From an uncultured Gammaproteobacteria bacterium (GTDB lineage: Bacteria; Patescibacteriota; Microgenomatia; Levybacterales; UBA12049), in assembly GCA_964416505.1 (NCBI GenBank), contig CAYQEJ010000002.1:968-64967 (forward strand): a DNA stretch of 64,000 nucleotides, given 5' to 3'. Shown piece after piece: positions 1 to 8,372 of the stretch; within the stretch, counting starts at the first letter, position 1, and every line of letters begins with the position of its first letter. The position numbers and the translations under genes are program-made. The notes under the pieces are model-generated. The model searched no databases. It was not told the origin of the DNA and saw only the letters and a program-made list of their open reading frames with translations.

Positions 1-2
1 TA

Positions 3-278
3 GTAAGTAAAATTAAGAAATTAAAAAATGATGGAAATAAAGATCTTCAGGTCTATGGAAGCGGCAATTTTATTCAGACACTTCTAAAAAATGATTTGGT
101 GGATGAATTATGGCTTAAAATTTTTCCTCTTACGCTTGGAAATGGAAAAAAATTATTTGAAAAAGGAACAATCCCAGCAGGATTTAAACTAATAAATGCG
201 CAAGTTTCTCCAAGCGGAGTTATTTTTGCCAACTACAAACGCTCCGGTGAAATAAAAACAGGTAACATAGGCGAATAA
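3..278 (+). CDS. Dihydrofolate reductase / RibD C-terminal family protein, 5'-truncated by the window edge
   Basis: Frame is open from position 3: ...DLQVYGSGNFIQTLLKNDLVDELWLKIFPLTLGNGKKLF..., the GSG..L.DE...P..LG.GK.LF signature of RibD_C/DHFR-like proteins. Confidence 0.8.
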   Translation, partial: VSKIKKLKNDGNKDLQVYGSGNFIQTLLKNDLVDELWLKIFPLTLGNGKKLFEKGTIPAGFKLINAQVSPSGVIFANYKRSGEIKTGNIGE

Positions 279-346
279 TAGCCTCTTTTACATCTATCCT
301 ACATTTTTCCAACATCAACATTACATTTTTTTGTCAGAATCAATTA

Positions 347-1048
347 ATGGAATCTGCTCAAACAGGAAATAGATGGTACGTGGACATAAAATTCATCGAA
401 CAGGGAGATATATATTTTTTTTATAAACCCAAGAAAGGCCTAGAAAAAATTTCAGGAAAAGATGACGTCGCAAGATTTTTCTTTGTACTGGACCCAGATG
501 GCACAAATCCTTCAAGATATATAGTTTTAGGCAATAAAAAAATGCCTGAACTTAAAGACGGAGGAAAAACAAATTGGGGATTTATTCAAATAGTAGGTGG
601 CAGAGGATTTAAAACATCAAATAAACCGAAGGCAACTGTTAAAAATGCATCTCGTCCTATTGGAGAAGGCATATATTCGATAATAAACCACAGAAACCAT
701 ACTCATCTTCTTTATTCTCTGGAGCTTCCTAAGAAAATCGGAGAAGTTCAAGAAGAATTTAGCATAAGAGAAGAGGGAAATTATATATTTATGGAACGCT
801 CTATAGAAAACTCTCCACGTACCATCGAAGAACCATTCTCAAATTTTTCTTCCGTTACTATAAAAAATCTAAATAGAAGAGGAACAGAAATATTATTAAT
901 AGGAGTTGGAGCAGATTTAGGTAGGCTTGGAGTTAAAGCTCAAAAGGATGATGAAGATATTGAAAGCGCCGATATATTTTCAAAGCTAGAATTAGATAAA
1001 AGAAGACATCCTACTTACTCACTTATTTCAGGAAAATGGGAACGATAG
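347..1048 (+). CDS. Conserved hypothetical protein
   Basis: 233-aa ORF with IEQGDIYFFY.PK...DDV.RFF and GEG.Y.I..H..HTHL.Y.LELP motifs reminiscent of an uncharacterised family. Confidence 0.65.
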   Translation: MESAQTGNRWYVDIKFIEQGDIYFFYKPKKGLEKISGKDDVARFFFVLDPDGTNPSRYIVLGNKKMPELKDGGKTNWGFIQIVGGRGFKTSNKPKATVKNASRPIGEGIYSIINHRNHTHLLYSLELPKKIGEVQEEFSIREEGNYIFMERSIENSPRTIEEPFSNFSSVTIKNLNRRGTEILLIGVGADLGRLGVKAQKDDEDIESADIFSKLELDKRRHPTYSLISGKWER

Positions 1049-1642
1049 TTACTTTCTTTTAGCTCGTGGCTTTCTTTTTGGGGCTGGACTTTCATTAACT
1101 ATTTCCTGTGTATTTGCTTTTGGTCTTGAAAAAAGATAAACAAGCGTAGTAGCGCCTACTCCTAATACCCATGCTGCTAGAGAATACAAAAGAACTATTT
1201 TTTCTCTTTTTTCAATCTCACTTAATGATCTTCCTGCCAAGATATATCCATCTTTGTACTTTATCATCACCACTGCGTTTCTAACGCCTTTTTTTGGTTC
1301 CCAGGTAAATCTGGATTCATTATTATTTTTTACTTTTTCAAAAGCTCCTGATGGGGGAGTCGGAACTTTTTTATCTAGTTGGACTGTACTTCCAGCTACT
1401 TTCTCTTTATTGTCATAAATAATCACAAAAGAGGAAAGTGTATTTGCCATATCTGAAGCTGTAAGAGAAAGTTGAGCTGGCTCTGCGCCCTCATTTAAGG
1501 ATTCTAAAACATCACGAACTATCTGGGTTTGAGGATCATCTGCGGAAAGCCTAAGGCTTTGTTGGGTTGAAGCATAAACTAGTCCACAAAAAAGTGTAAT
1601 TAAGAAAAAAGCTAATAAAAAATATAAATTTTTAGTCTTCAT
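1049..1642 (-). CDS. Two-TM membrane protein with extracytoplasmic domain (sensor-domain-like)
   Basis: Likely start ATG 1642 (MKTKNLYF); N- and C-terminal hydrophobic helices and a basic tail. Confidence 0.65.
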   Translation of the reverse strand: MKTKNLYFLLAFFLITLFCGLVYASTQQSLRLSADDPQTQIVRDVLESLNEGAEPAQLSLTASDMANTLSSFVIIYDNKEKVAGSTVQLDKKVPTPPSGAFEKVKNNNESRFTWEPKKGVRNAVVMIKYKDGYILAGRSLSEIEKREKIVLLYSLAAWVLGVGATTLVYLFSRPKANTQEIVNESPAPKRKPRAKRK

Positions 1643-1680
1643 TAGAACTATTATATCATATGCATTTAGCCTCAAAATGA

Positions 1681-1709
1681 TTGACTTTGCGACCAAAACT
1701 TGATACACT
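1681..1709 (+). promoter_or_regulatory. Sigma70-type promoter of the LysM-Rpf gene
   Basis: TTGACT-17 bp-TACACT. Confidence 0.6.
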
Positions 1710-1756
1710 GCCGACTCTTAACTGCCAACTAGAAATAGTTGGCTTTTTAAGAATTT

Positions 1757-2416
1757 ATGGAACAAAGTTTACTAGCAGGCGTTCTAACGCTCTCCTTAGT
1801 ACTCCTCAATCCTTCTTCAGCGTCCTCCGCGCAATCATCTCAAATAACTGAGGTTAGAGAGGTGCGGGATTATACTGTAAATCAGGGAGAAAGTCTTTCT
1901 AGTATCGCTGAAAGGGAATATGGTTCAGTTGATTTTTGGACAAATATTTGGATTGAAAATCCTTGGATTCAGAATCCAGACAGCATAGAAAAAGATTGGG
2001 TAATTAAATTATCAAAAAACGAACCTGAAAGACCAGCAACTTTGAGCGCTGATCTCAAGGCAAAACTTACAAAACAACTTCCCCAAGTAGAAAAGTCAAA
2101 CATGTCTGGTAATGAGACTCAAACTCTACCTTCTCAATCAAATTATTCAGGCGGAGTCTTAAATGAAGCTCAAATGTCATTCTTGGGAAATTGTGAATCC
2201 GGAATGACGGCAACGAGAAATAGTGGAAATGGCTATTATGGCGCATTTCAGTTTTCATATGGAACATGGCAAAGAATGAACACAGGATACGAACGAGCAG
2301 ACTTAGCTCCTCTTGAAGTTCAAAAAGATGCTGTTCAGAGACTTTTGTCTAGATCAAGCATATTTACTCAATTTCCTGGTTGTGCAGGAAAAATGCAAAA
2401 CCTCGGCCTCTTATAA
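1757..2416 (+). CDS. Secreted LysM + Rpf-type (resuscitation-promoting factor) transglycosylase
   Basis: Signal peptide; LysM (YTVNQGESLSSIA); C-terminal CESG...NSGNGYYGAFQF...TW with catalytic Glu and terminal FPGC. Confidence 0.85.
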   Translation: MEQSLLAGVLTLSLVLLNPSSASSAQSSQITEVREVRDYTVNQGESLSSIAEREYGSVDFWTNIWIENPWIQNPDSIEKDWVIKLSKNEPERPATLSADLKAKLTKQLPQVEKSNMSGNETQTLPSQSNYSGGVLNEAQMSFLGNCESGMTATRNSGNGYYGAFQFSYGTWQRMNTGYERADLAPLEVQKDAVQRLLSRSSIFTQFPGCAGKMQNLGLL

Positions 2417-2473
2417 CACCAAATTACTATAGTTCGTTGACTATACCGGGGGAGGTTGCTAGTATATTTATTC

Positions 2474-3241
2474 ATGGGAGGGATAGTAGCAGGAGCTATG
2501 TTTCTTTTATCGGTTTTAACGCCGATTAGTAAGTCGTCTCATCATGAGACTGCTCATATAAGCCCCTCAAAAGCCCCAACTCCCACGCCCACACAAATTC
2601 CCAAACCAACAGAAAAAATTTATAAAGTAGAATCTGGAGATACTTTATTTACTATCGCTGAAGAAAAACTTGGTGGGCAAAAATACTGGATAAATCTATG
2701 GAATCATAATGATTGGATTGAAGATCCAAGACTCATAAGAAGCGGTTGGGAACTTAAAATCCCTATTTCCAAACCAACCGAAGTTGAAAAACCATTAGAA
2801 AAACTCTCTACTATATATAAAGAGATAACTGATCCAAGTCCCACTCCTTCTCCGGAACCCATCAAAGAAGTGGCAGGAGTTACGGCTCCAGCGGGTTCAT
2901 TTGAAAACATATATAAAGAAGCTGGTTCTAAATATGGAGTGCCTTGGGAAATTCTTTATGGACTCCATTTAACCGAAACAGGTCTTAGGGATGGAGCAAT
3001 TTCTAGCGGTTATGGAACCGGTGCGCAGGGACCTATGCAATTCATGCCTGGAACGTGGTCGCTTTATGGAGTTGACGGAAATGGTGATGGCATAAGCGAT
3101 ATAAATAACGCTTCGGATGCTATATATGGAGCTGCAAACTACTTAGCAGCGCATGGCGGAGTAGACCTAGGGCTTAAATCATATGGAGGAGACACACAGA
3201 GCATCCTGAACGCCGCCCGTTCCCGCGGTTGGAGTCAGTAA
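2474..3241 (+). CDS. Membrane-anchored LysM + lytic transglycosylase (SLT-like)
   Basis: LysM (YKVESGDTLFTIA); TET catalytic Glu, GAQGPMQFMPGTW, DGNGDG Ca-loop, AANYL; promoter TTGACT-17-TAGTAT directly before ATG 2474. Confidence 0.85.
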   Translation: MGGIVAGAMFLLSVLTPISKSSHHETAHISPSKAPTPTPTQIPKPTEKIYKVESGDTLFTIAEEKLGGQKYWINLWNHNDWIEDPRLIRSGWELKIPISKPTEVEKPLEKLSTIYKEITDPSPTPSPEPIKEVAGVTAPAGSFENIYKEAGSKYGVPWEILYGLHLTETGLRDGAISSGYGTGAQGPMQFMPGTWSLYGVDGNGDGISDINNASDAIYGAANYLAAHGGVDLGLKSYGGDTQSILNAARSRGWSQ

Positions 3242-3242
3242 T

Positions 3243-3620
3243 TTAACTTCGGCTCAATGCTATTTCAACTGCTGCGCTTAGCAAATTATATCTTCTGAGA
3301 TCTTGTTCGCGCTCAAGTATTAGCTCACGACTTCTTTCAATTCCAACCATAAGAGGTGCTCTTCCTTGAAACTGCGCTCTAGTAAAATCTATTTCCCCAT
3401 CAGGCAACCTATTCCAGTAGTGAGATCTCAAATATTCAAAATCTGTTCCTTTAAGAGTAGCTCTTAGAATATCTCCTCCAAAGTAGTCCTGGGCTACCAC
3501 AGATGCCACTGCGCAATGACCAAGCATTGGATTTTCTGGAGTCCATAATTCAGGCGCTGAAGATGTTTCCCTGGCTACACTCACAGCTAAAGCGGTCTTA
3601 AATGCTTCTCTACTTATCAT
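3243..3620 (-). CDS. YunG-like protein
   Basis: WTPENP..GHCAV.S.V.QDYFGGDI...HYWN...IDFT..QF motif; start trimmed to ATG 3620 because the longer ORF overlaps a tRNA. Confidence 0.7.
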   Translation of the reverse strand: MISREAFKTALAVSVARETSSAPELWTPENPMLGHCAVASVVAQDYFGGDILRATLKGTDFEYLRSHYWNRLPDGEIDFTRAQFQGRAPLMVGIERSRELILEREQDLRRYNLLSAAVEIALSRS

Positions 3621-3633
3621 AGATGGGGCGGTG

Positions 3634-3705
3634 AGCGGATGACCGGATTCGAACCGGCGACCTTCTCGTTGGCAACGAGACATTCTACCACTGAACTACA
3701 TCCGC
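3634..3705 (-). tRNA. tRNA-Gly (GCC)
   Basis: GCGGATG/CATCCGC acceptor stem, TCTCG-TTGCCAA-CGAGA anticodon arm, GGTTCGAATCC T-loop; CCA not encoded. Confidence 0.95.
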
Positions 3706-3809
3706 GCTTTGCAAGTATAGCAAAATAGCCTCAACTACTCAATTATCAAATAGTTTGAACTACTTTGTTCGGTTGACAGATTCCGTCTAAAAATGCCAAA
3801 ATAAGTTTC

Positions 3810-4382
3810 ATGAAAAAACTCGCTGTCCTTGGAGGTTTTTTTCTAGGTACTCCTCTTTTCCTTTTCCTAACACTTTCTTATCTTTTGCAAATCTCCTCTC
3901 TTAAGGGAAGTGGTGCAGTTCTATCCGAAAGCACTCAAGGAATTGCTTATGCAGCTCTTCCTCCAAACGACAATACTATCGAGGGAACAGTCGTTCAGGA
4001 AGATTCCAAAGTTGAGATCGTAAGACAATTTTTAGCTAAATATGATTCACCCTTAGCTGAATATGCTCCAGATATAATTGCTGCATCCAATCGATATGAT
4101 ATAGATTACAGATTGCTACCAGCCATAGCTATGCAAGAATCTATTGGCTGCAAGAGAATAATAAAAGATTCAAATAATTGCTGGGGTTGGGGAATCTATG
4201 GAGGAAAAGTTACTAAATTCAACAATTTTCCAGAGGCTATAGAAACAATTACAAAAACTCTCTCTACGAAATACAGAGACCATGGACTAGTAACTCCATT
4301 TGAAATAGCCAAACTTTATAATCCCCGAAATACAAATAACTGGGCTGAGAACGTTTCTCATTTTATGAACCTCCAAAAGTAA
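3810..4382 (+). CDS. Membrane-anchored lysozyme-fold (glucosaminidase-like) cell-wall hydrolase
   Basis: FL.KY.SPL...Y.ID.RLLPAIAMQES..G...NNCWGWG motif; paralog of the next gene. Confidence 0.7.
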   Translation: MKKLAVLGGFFLGTPLFLFLTLSYLLQISSLKGSGAVLSESTQGIAYAALPPNDNTIEGTVVQEDSKVEIVRQFLAKYDSPLAEYAPDIIAASNRYDIDYRLLPAIAMQESIGCKRIIKDSNNCWGWGIYGGKVTKFNNFPEAIETITKTLSTKYRDHGLVTPFEIAKLYNPRNTNNWAENVSHFMNLQK

Positions 4383-4397
4383 TCCTATAGTTGGGTA

Positions 4398-4426
4398 TTG
4401 ACAAATCCTATAGTCTTTGATATACT
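4398..4426 (+). promoter_or_regulatory. Sigma70-type promoter ahead of a ~90-nt structured leader
   Basis: TTGACA-17 bp-TATACT. Confidence 0.7.
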
Positions 4427-4523
4427 TCGCAATTAGATCCTAAGGTGCGCCTTTCCAAATGCTCACGTTAGGATTTTTTTTGGCCTAAAAACTTAGAAAC
4501 CCTTTTTAAGTAGGCCAAAAAAT

Positions 4524-5072
4524 ATGAAAAAAATCCTAACAATTTCACTAGCTGTAGTTATGCTTTTAATAGGCACTGGGAAATCTTATGCTTATGAAGC
4601 ATCAGCCTCGTCTGCAAAGCTACAACCTACAATAGTGAGTAAACCATACGACAATAGAGCAGAAGTACTCAGGGGGTTCTTAGAATCTTACGATTCACCT
4701 CTTGCTCCTTATGCCGGAGAATTTGTCTATTATGCAGATAAATACAATCTTGATTGGAGATTAGTTGCATCAATTGCAGGCCTTGAATCAACTTTTGGTA
4801 AAAGAATTCCTTACAACTCATATAACGGATGGGGATGGGGTATTTACGGAGATAATATGATCAGATTTAATTCTTGGTCTGAAGGAATCGAAACAATTTC
4901 AAAGGGAATTCGTGATAGATACCTTAAAGAAGGACAATATTCAGATCCATATGTAATTGGCCCAACTTATGCTGCTTCTCCTACATGGGCAGTTAGAGTA
5001 ACATTTTTCATGAATAAAATGGAGCAGTATAGAATAAAAAACGGTAAATCTACCCTTGCCCTTGCTCTATAA
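4524..5072 (+). CDS. Secreted lysozyme-fold (glucosaminidase-like) cell-wall hydrolase
   Basis: Signal peptide; FLESYDSPL...LDWRLVASIAGLESTFGK...YNGWGWG; paralog of 3810..4382. Confidence 0.7.
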   Translation: MKKILTISLAVVMLLIGTGKSYAYEASASSAKLQPTIVSKPYDNRAEVLRGFLESYDSPLAPYAGEFVYYADKYNLDWRLVASIAGLESTFGKRIPYNSYNGWGWGIYGDNMIRFNSWSEGIETISKGIRDRYLKEGQYSDPYVIGPTYAASPTWAVRVTFFMNKMEQYRIKNGKSTLALAL

Positions 5073-5206
5073 AGCTTGTCCGCAATTTTTAAATAAGTTA
5101 TAATCAAGCATAGAAATTGTGCGAAATCGTTGGCTTTTGAGCTCCGATTTTGCAGTCCCTAAAGGAAAATCGTTGGGAAAAACGCGAGTTTTGTCCCACA
5201 TGACGG

Positions 5207-5289
5207 GCGGATGTGGTGGAATGGTAGACACGCAAGGTTTAGGACCTTGTGCCGTTAAAAGCATGGGGGTTCGAGTCCTCTCATCCGCA
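5207..5289 (+). tRNA. tRNA-Leu (TAG)
   Basis: GCGGATG/CATCCGC stem, CAAGG-TTTAGGA-CCTTG anticodon arm, long variable arm, GGTTCGAGTCC. Confidence 0.95.
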
Positions 5290-5347
5290 CTCTTATACTA
5301 CTTGCTTATTTTTAGATAACACGCTAGAATTATAGGCCTAAGTTTAT

Positions 5348-6238
5348 ATGGCAACAAAATCTAAAAAACAAATTAAAAAAGTTGAACCTGTCGCTTCAGA
5401 AAAGGCGGAAAAAGTTGAACCCTTTAAAAAAGGGACTGACGGGACAATTGAATTAAGACTTATTCTTCCATGGGATTTAGTTAAGAAAACCCAAGAAGTT
5501 GTTATGGAAGAAATGTCAAAAGGAGTAACGCTTCCTGGATTCCGAAAAGGAAAAGCCCCAAAAAAATTAGTTGAAGAATCTCTCAATAAATCTAGAGTAA
5601 GAGATGAAGTAATTAGACATTTACTTCCACAAGCATATGCAGAAGCTGTAAAAACCAATAACATAAAACCAATCATTGATCCAAATATTCATGTAGATGA
5701 AGCTCTTGTGGACGGAAAAGACTGGGAATTTCACGCTCTAACTTGCGAAGCTCCAGTTATTGATCTTAAAAATTACAAAGAAGTTGTGGGTAAAATAACA
5801 GCAAAAAGCAAAATTGTTGTGCCTGGGAAGGAATCTGAAGCTCCAAAATTTGAAGAAATCATTAATGCACTTCTGGAAACAGTTGATGTAAATATTCCAA
5901 ATGTATTAGTTGAAAGAGAAGCAGATAGACTTTTGTCTCAAACTCTTGATGAAATTAAAAAGCTAGGAATGACACTTGATCAATATTTAGCTTCAACAAA
6001 AAAGACAGCAGAGCAAATAAGAGCTGACTATTCCCAAAAAGCTATAAGAGATTTGAAGCTTGAATTTATACTTCAAAAAGTTGCGGAAACTGAAAAAATA
6101 TCCGTAGATGATGCTGAAATAAATAAAACTATTGAAAATGCAAAGCCAGAAGAAAAACAAAGTTTAGCAGCAAACAAATACCTTCTTGCCTCTATAATCA
6201 GGCAGCAAAAAACGCTTGATTTCTTGAAGAACCTGTGA
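5348..6238 (+). CDS. tig: Trigger factor lacking the PPIase domain
   Basis: PGFRKGKAP ribosome-binding signature; 296 aa comprising only N- and C-terminal domains. Confidence 0.9.
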   Translation: MATKSKKQIKKVEPVASEKAEKVEPFKKGTDGTIELRLILPWDLVKKTQEVVMEEMSKGVTLPGFRKGKAPKKLVEESLNKSRVRDEVIRHLLPQAYAEAVKTNNIKPIIDPNIHVDEALVDGKDWEFHALTCEAPVIDLKNYKEVVGKITAKSKIVVPGKESEAPKFEEIINALLETVDVNIPNVLVEREADRLLSQTLDEIKKLGMTLDQYLASTKKTAEQIRADYSQKAIRDLKLEFILQKVAETEKISVDDAEINKTIENAKPEEKQSLAANKYLLASIIRQQKTLDFLKNL

Positions 6239-6255
6239 TAAATTAGGTGCGATTT

Positions 6256-6894
6256 ATGCAACATTCAAAGCTAAAAAGCGGCAAAAAAGAGCCGAAACAA
6301 TATATCACCGAAAATCCTTTTGAATCCCTTTTGGGAGTAGGAAAAGGCGTAGTTGATTCACTAAAAGAGCAGGCTGGAAAAGACGCTGTATACGATGCCT
6401 GGGATTCAATTATAAATAAAGCTCCAAGAACACACGAAGGCCATGGCGAGCAGGAAATGCATGCTGGTGAGGAAGTAGACATAAACAATCATGAAAAAAA
6501 TACGCACAAGGAAGCTGGCAACAATTATCATAGAGACATTATTCATACATCTGAGAGAAGCGCCTCCTATGAAAGCCGGGAAGTAGCTGTTAAGGTACAG
6601 GAAATTCTTATTGAAATTAAACAGCTCGCCAACAGCTCAGCTATGCTTAAGAAAAAGATCGATGTTGTGGCTATCGAGCAAATGGGAGAAAATCCCGGAA
6701 AATATCAACTCAATTTCTTGGAGCAAATGCTTACATGGATAAGAGAAGCCAGAATGACCGTAGAGGATTCTTTGGCATGGTTTAGCGCACTTAGAAGCAA
6801 GAAAGCAGCACGCCAGTATGGTTCACTTGCTAAAAAACACGGTGCATCATTTATGCTTTCAGGCGAACGCGCACCAGTTACACAAACAGGCTAA
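6256..6894 (+). CDS. CPR conserved hypothetical protein (DUF5660-like)
   Basis: C-terminal PGKYQLNFLE...S..W...SKK...Y...KKHG.SF.LSGER...TQTG motif recalled from CPR genomes. Confidence 0.6.
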   Translation: MQHSKLKSGKKEPKQYITENPFESLLGVGKGVVDSLKEQAGKDAVYDAWDSIINKAPRTHEGHGEQEMHAGEEVDINNHEKNTHKEAGNNYHRDIIHTSERSASYESREVAVKVQEILIEIKQLANSSAMLKKKIDVVAIEQMGENPGKYQLNFLEQMLTWIREARMTVEDSLAWFSALRSKKAARQYGSLAKKHGASFMLSGERAPVTQTG

Positions 6895-6902
6895 TTTTCT
6901 TA

Positions 6903-6931
6903 TTGACTGATTAAGTAATAATTGGTAATAT
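6903..6931 (+). promoter_or_regulatory. Promoter of the ILV-type attenuator
   Basis: TTGACT-17 bp-TAATAT with TG extension; ATG follows after a 7-nt gap. Confidence 0.65.
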
Positions 6932-6938
6932 TTTATTT

Positions 6939-7007
6939 ATGCAAAAAATTAAAAATCTTATTCTCGTCATTCTTAACTCCTTGAAGGGAGGGAAGTCTGA
7001 CGCGTAA
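6939..7007 (+). CDS. Ile/Leu/Val-rich attenuator leader peptide MQKIKNLILVILNSLKGGKSDA
   Basis: Six consecutive L/I/V codons followed by GGGAGG, complementary to the downstream terminator 5' arm. Confidence 0.75.
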   Translation: MQKIKNLILVILNSLKGGKSDA

Positions 7008-7030
7008 ATAAGATAGATACGCAAAAAGAC

Positions 7031-7056
7031 AAGCCTCCCAAACGGGAGGTTTTTTT
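7031..7056 (+). terminator. Attenuator terminator
   Basis: GCCTCCC-AAAC-GGGAGGT hairpin plus T7; 29 nt identical to 14488..14516. Confidence 0.85.
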
Positions 7057-7069
7057 GTGGTTAAAAATT

Positions 7070-7429
7070 ATGAGAGACATATACGATTCATCAATACATC
7101 ATGCAATAAAAGGTCCGGTTCCTCCTGCTCTTTGGAGAAGTTATGAAATAGGAGATAACGGCAGAGCTGAAATTTACACTCTTGGAGATACGCTTATTAC
7201 CAAAGAAACCCGATTTGTAGGCAGTGAAAGGAGACCAAGTTTTAGGTTCGAAGTAGACGGAGGTACTTTAAAGGATAAATTATCAGCTGCTAATTGGCTA
7301 GCTGAAAGTATTGCGAGAGACAAAGATAGATATAGAATTTCTCAGCCTGGAACTCAGGTTTTCCCAGATAGAGTTGTTTTCAAATCAGGAACATATTTAG
7401 AAGACACTACAGAAGGGGGAGGTGAGTAG
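7070..7429 (+). CDS. Hypothetical protein, first gene under the ILV attenuator
   Basis: ATG 7070 just after the terminator; no family recognised. Confidence 0.65.
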   Translation: MRDIYDSSIHHAIKGPVPPALWRSYEIGDNGRAEIYTLGDTLITKETRFVGSERRPSFRFEVDGGTLKDKLSAANWLAESIARDKDRYRISQPGTQVFPDRVVFKSGTYLEDTTEGGGE

Positions 7430-7431
7430 TT

Positions 7432-7641
7432 ATGGAAGGAAATAGAAGATTTGGACAAGACCCAGGATTTAGCGGTGGACCGGGATTCGAAAGGCCTCGG
7501 CCAAAACAACCATTTGCTGGAGATTTAACGATCGGTCCAAACGGAAGAGTAATTCAGCAAGGGCAGGAAAGAAGATCCAGTGGTCCCGTACCCGGAACGT
7601 CAGCCAGAAAACACAGAACATCTGGCCAGCGCGGCAGATAA
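7432..7641 (+). CDS. Small Gly/Arg/Pro-rich hypothetical protein
   Basis: Strong SD GGAGGTG upstream; coupled to the previous ORF. Confidence 0.65.
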   Translation: MEGNRRFGQDPGFSGGPGFERPRPKQPFAGDLTIGPNGRVIQQGQERRSSGPVPGTSARKHRTSGQRGR

Positions 7642-7671
7642 ATATTTTATTAAAAAAGGAGGTGATTAATT

Positions 7672-7899
7672 ATGACACAAAGAACAGTTTTTAGTAGATT
7701 ACAAAGCGTTGCAGAACATCGCGAAGCCCAAGCATTGGGAGTGCAAAGTGCTCATTTAGGAGAAGCAGTATTGCCACCTGCAAATTACTTAAGAGGTCCT
7801 TATTTGGACCAAATAGCAAGAACACATCCCGAAAGACACGAACAAGCAACTCAATTAGTTGAAAAAGTGGTTGGTGGATCCAGGGAAAGAATGGGCTAG
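7672..7899 (+). CDS. Small hypothetical protein
   Basis: Strong SD AAGGAGGTGA upstream. Confidence 0.65.
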   Translation: MTQRTVFSRLQSVAEHREAQALGVQSAHLGEAVLPPANYLRGPYLDQIARTHPERHEQATQLVEKVVGGSRERMG

Positions 7900-7930
7900 A
7901 AAAAAATTTTTAAAAAGGAGGTGTATTAAC

Positions 7931-8198
7931 ATAGTCAAAAGAATTTTTAGATCCAATAAATCAACTTAATAAGGCTAGAACAAATGAGGAGATTAGAGAT
8001 GCTCTCGGTGCAATAAAAGAAGGCAGAAATTCTCTTTATAACCTAGTAGATATTTCCTATGAAATTTTACTAGAGCAGGAACAAATTGAAGTTGAGGTTC
8101 CAGCATATGGAACTCATCCACAGAGAAAAAGATACGCAAGTGGTTTTCCTAAAGGTGAATGGAATCATAATTTTGGAGTAGATAAAGCCAAAGAATAA
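7931..8198 (+). pseudogene. 87-codon open frame (SKEFLDP...DKAKE) with a damaged start codon
   Basis: SD AAGGAGGTG followed by ATAG-TCA where ATG-TCA is expected; frame 7935..8198 is open. Confidence 0.55.
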
Positions 8199-8205
8199 TA
8201 GTTTG

Positions 8206-8279
8206 TGGGCCCGACAAGAGTCGAACTTGTGACCTTTACAATGTCAATGTAACGCTCTAACCAACTGAGCTACGAGCCC
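8206..8279 (-). tRNA. tRNA-Val (GAC)
   Basis: GGGCTCG/CGGGCCC stem, TTACA-TTGACAT-TGTAA anticodon arm, GTTCGAC T-loop. Confidence 0.95.
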
Positions 8280-8372
8280 GATGCGCTTATTTTAACAGAA
8301 TGGTATCCTAGGTTCAATTATATATCCTAGAGTATTTGACCTGAAGCTAAAACTAAGCTATAATTCTGCGCT

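Noticed and set aside
1710-1756. c-di-AMP (ydaO) riboswitch before the Rpf gene
   Set aside because: Leader is too short and lacks the conserved motifs
3621-3683. N-terminal extension of ORF 3243..3683
   Set aside because: It is the tRNA-Gly sequence read as codons; the start is placed at 3620
5067-5319. ORFs 5067..5264 (-) and 5119..5319 (+)
   Set aside because: Both overlap tRNA-Leu and have no protein features
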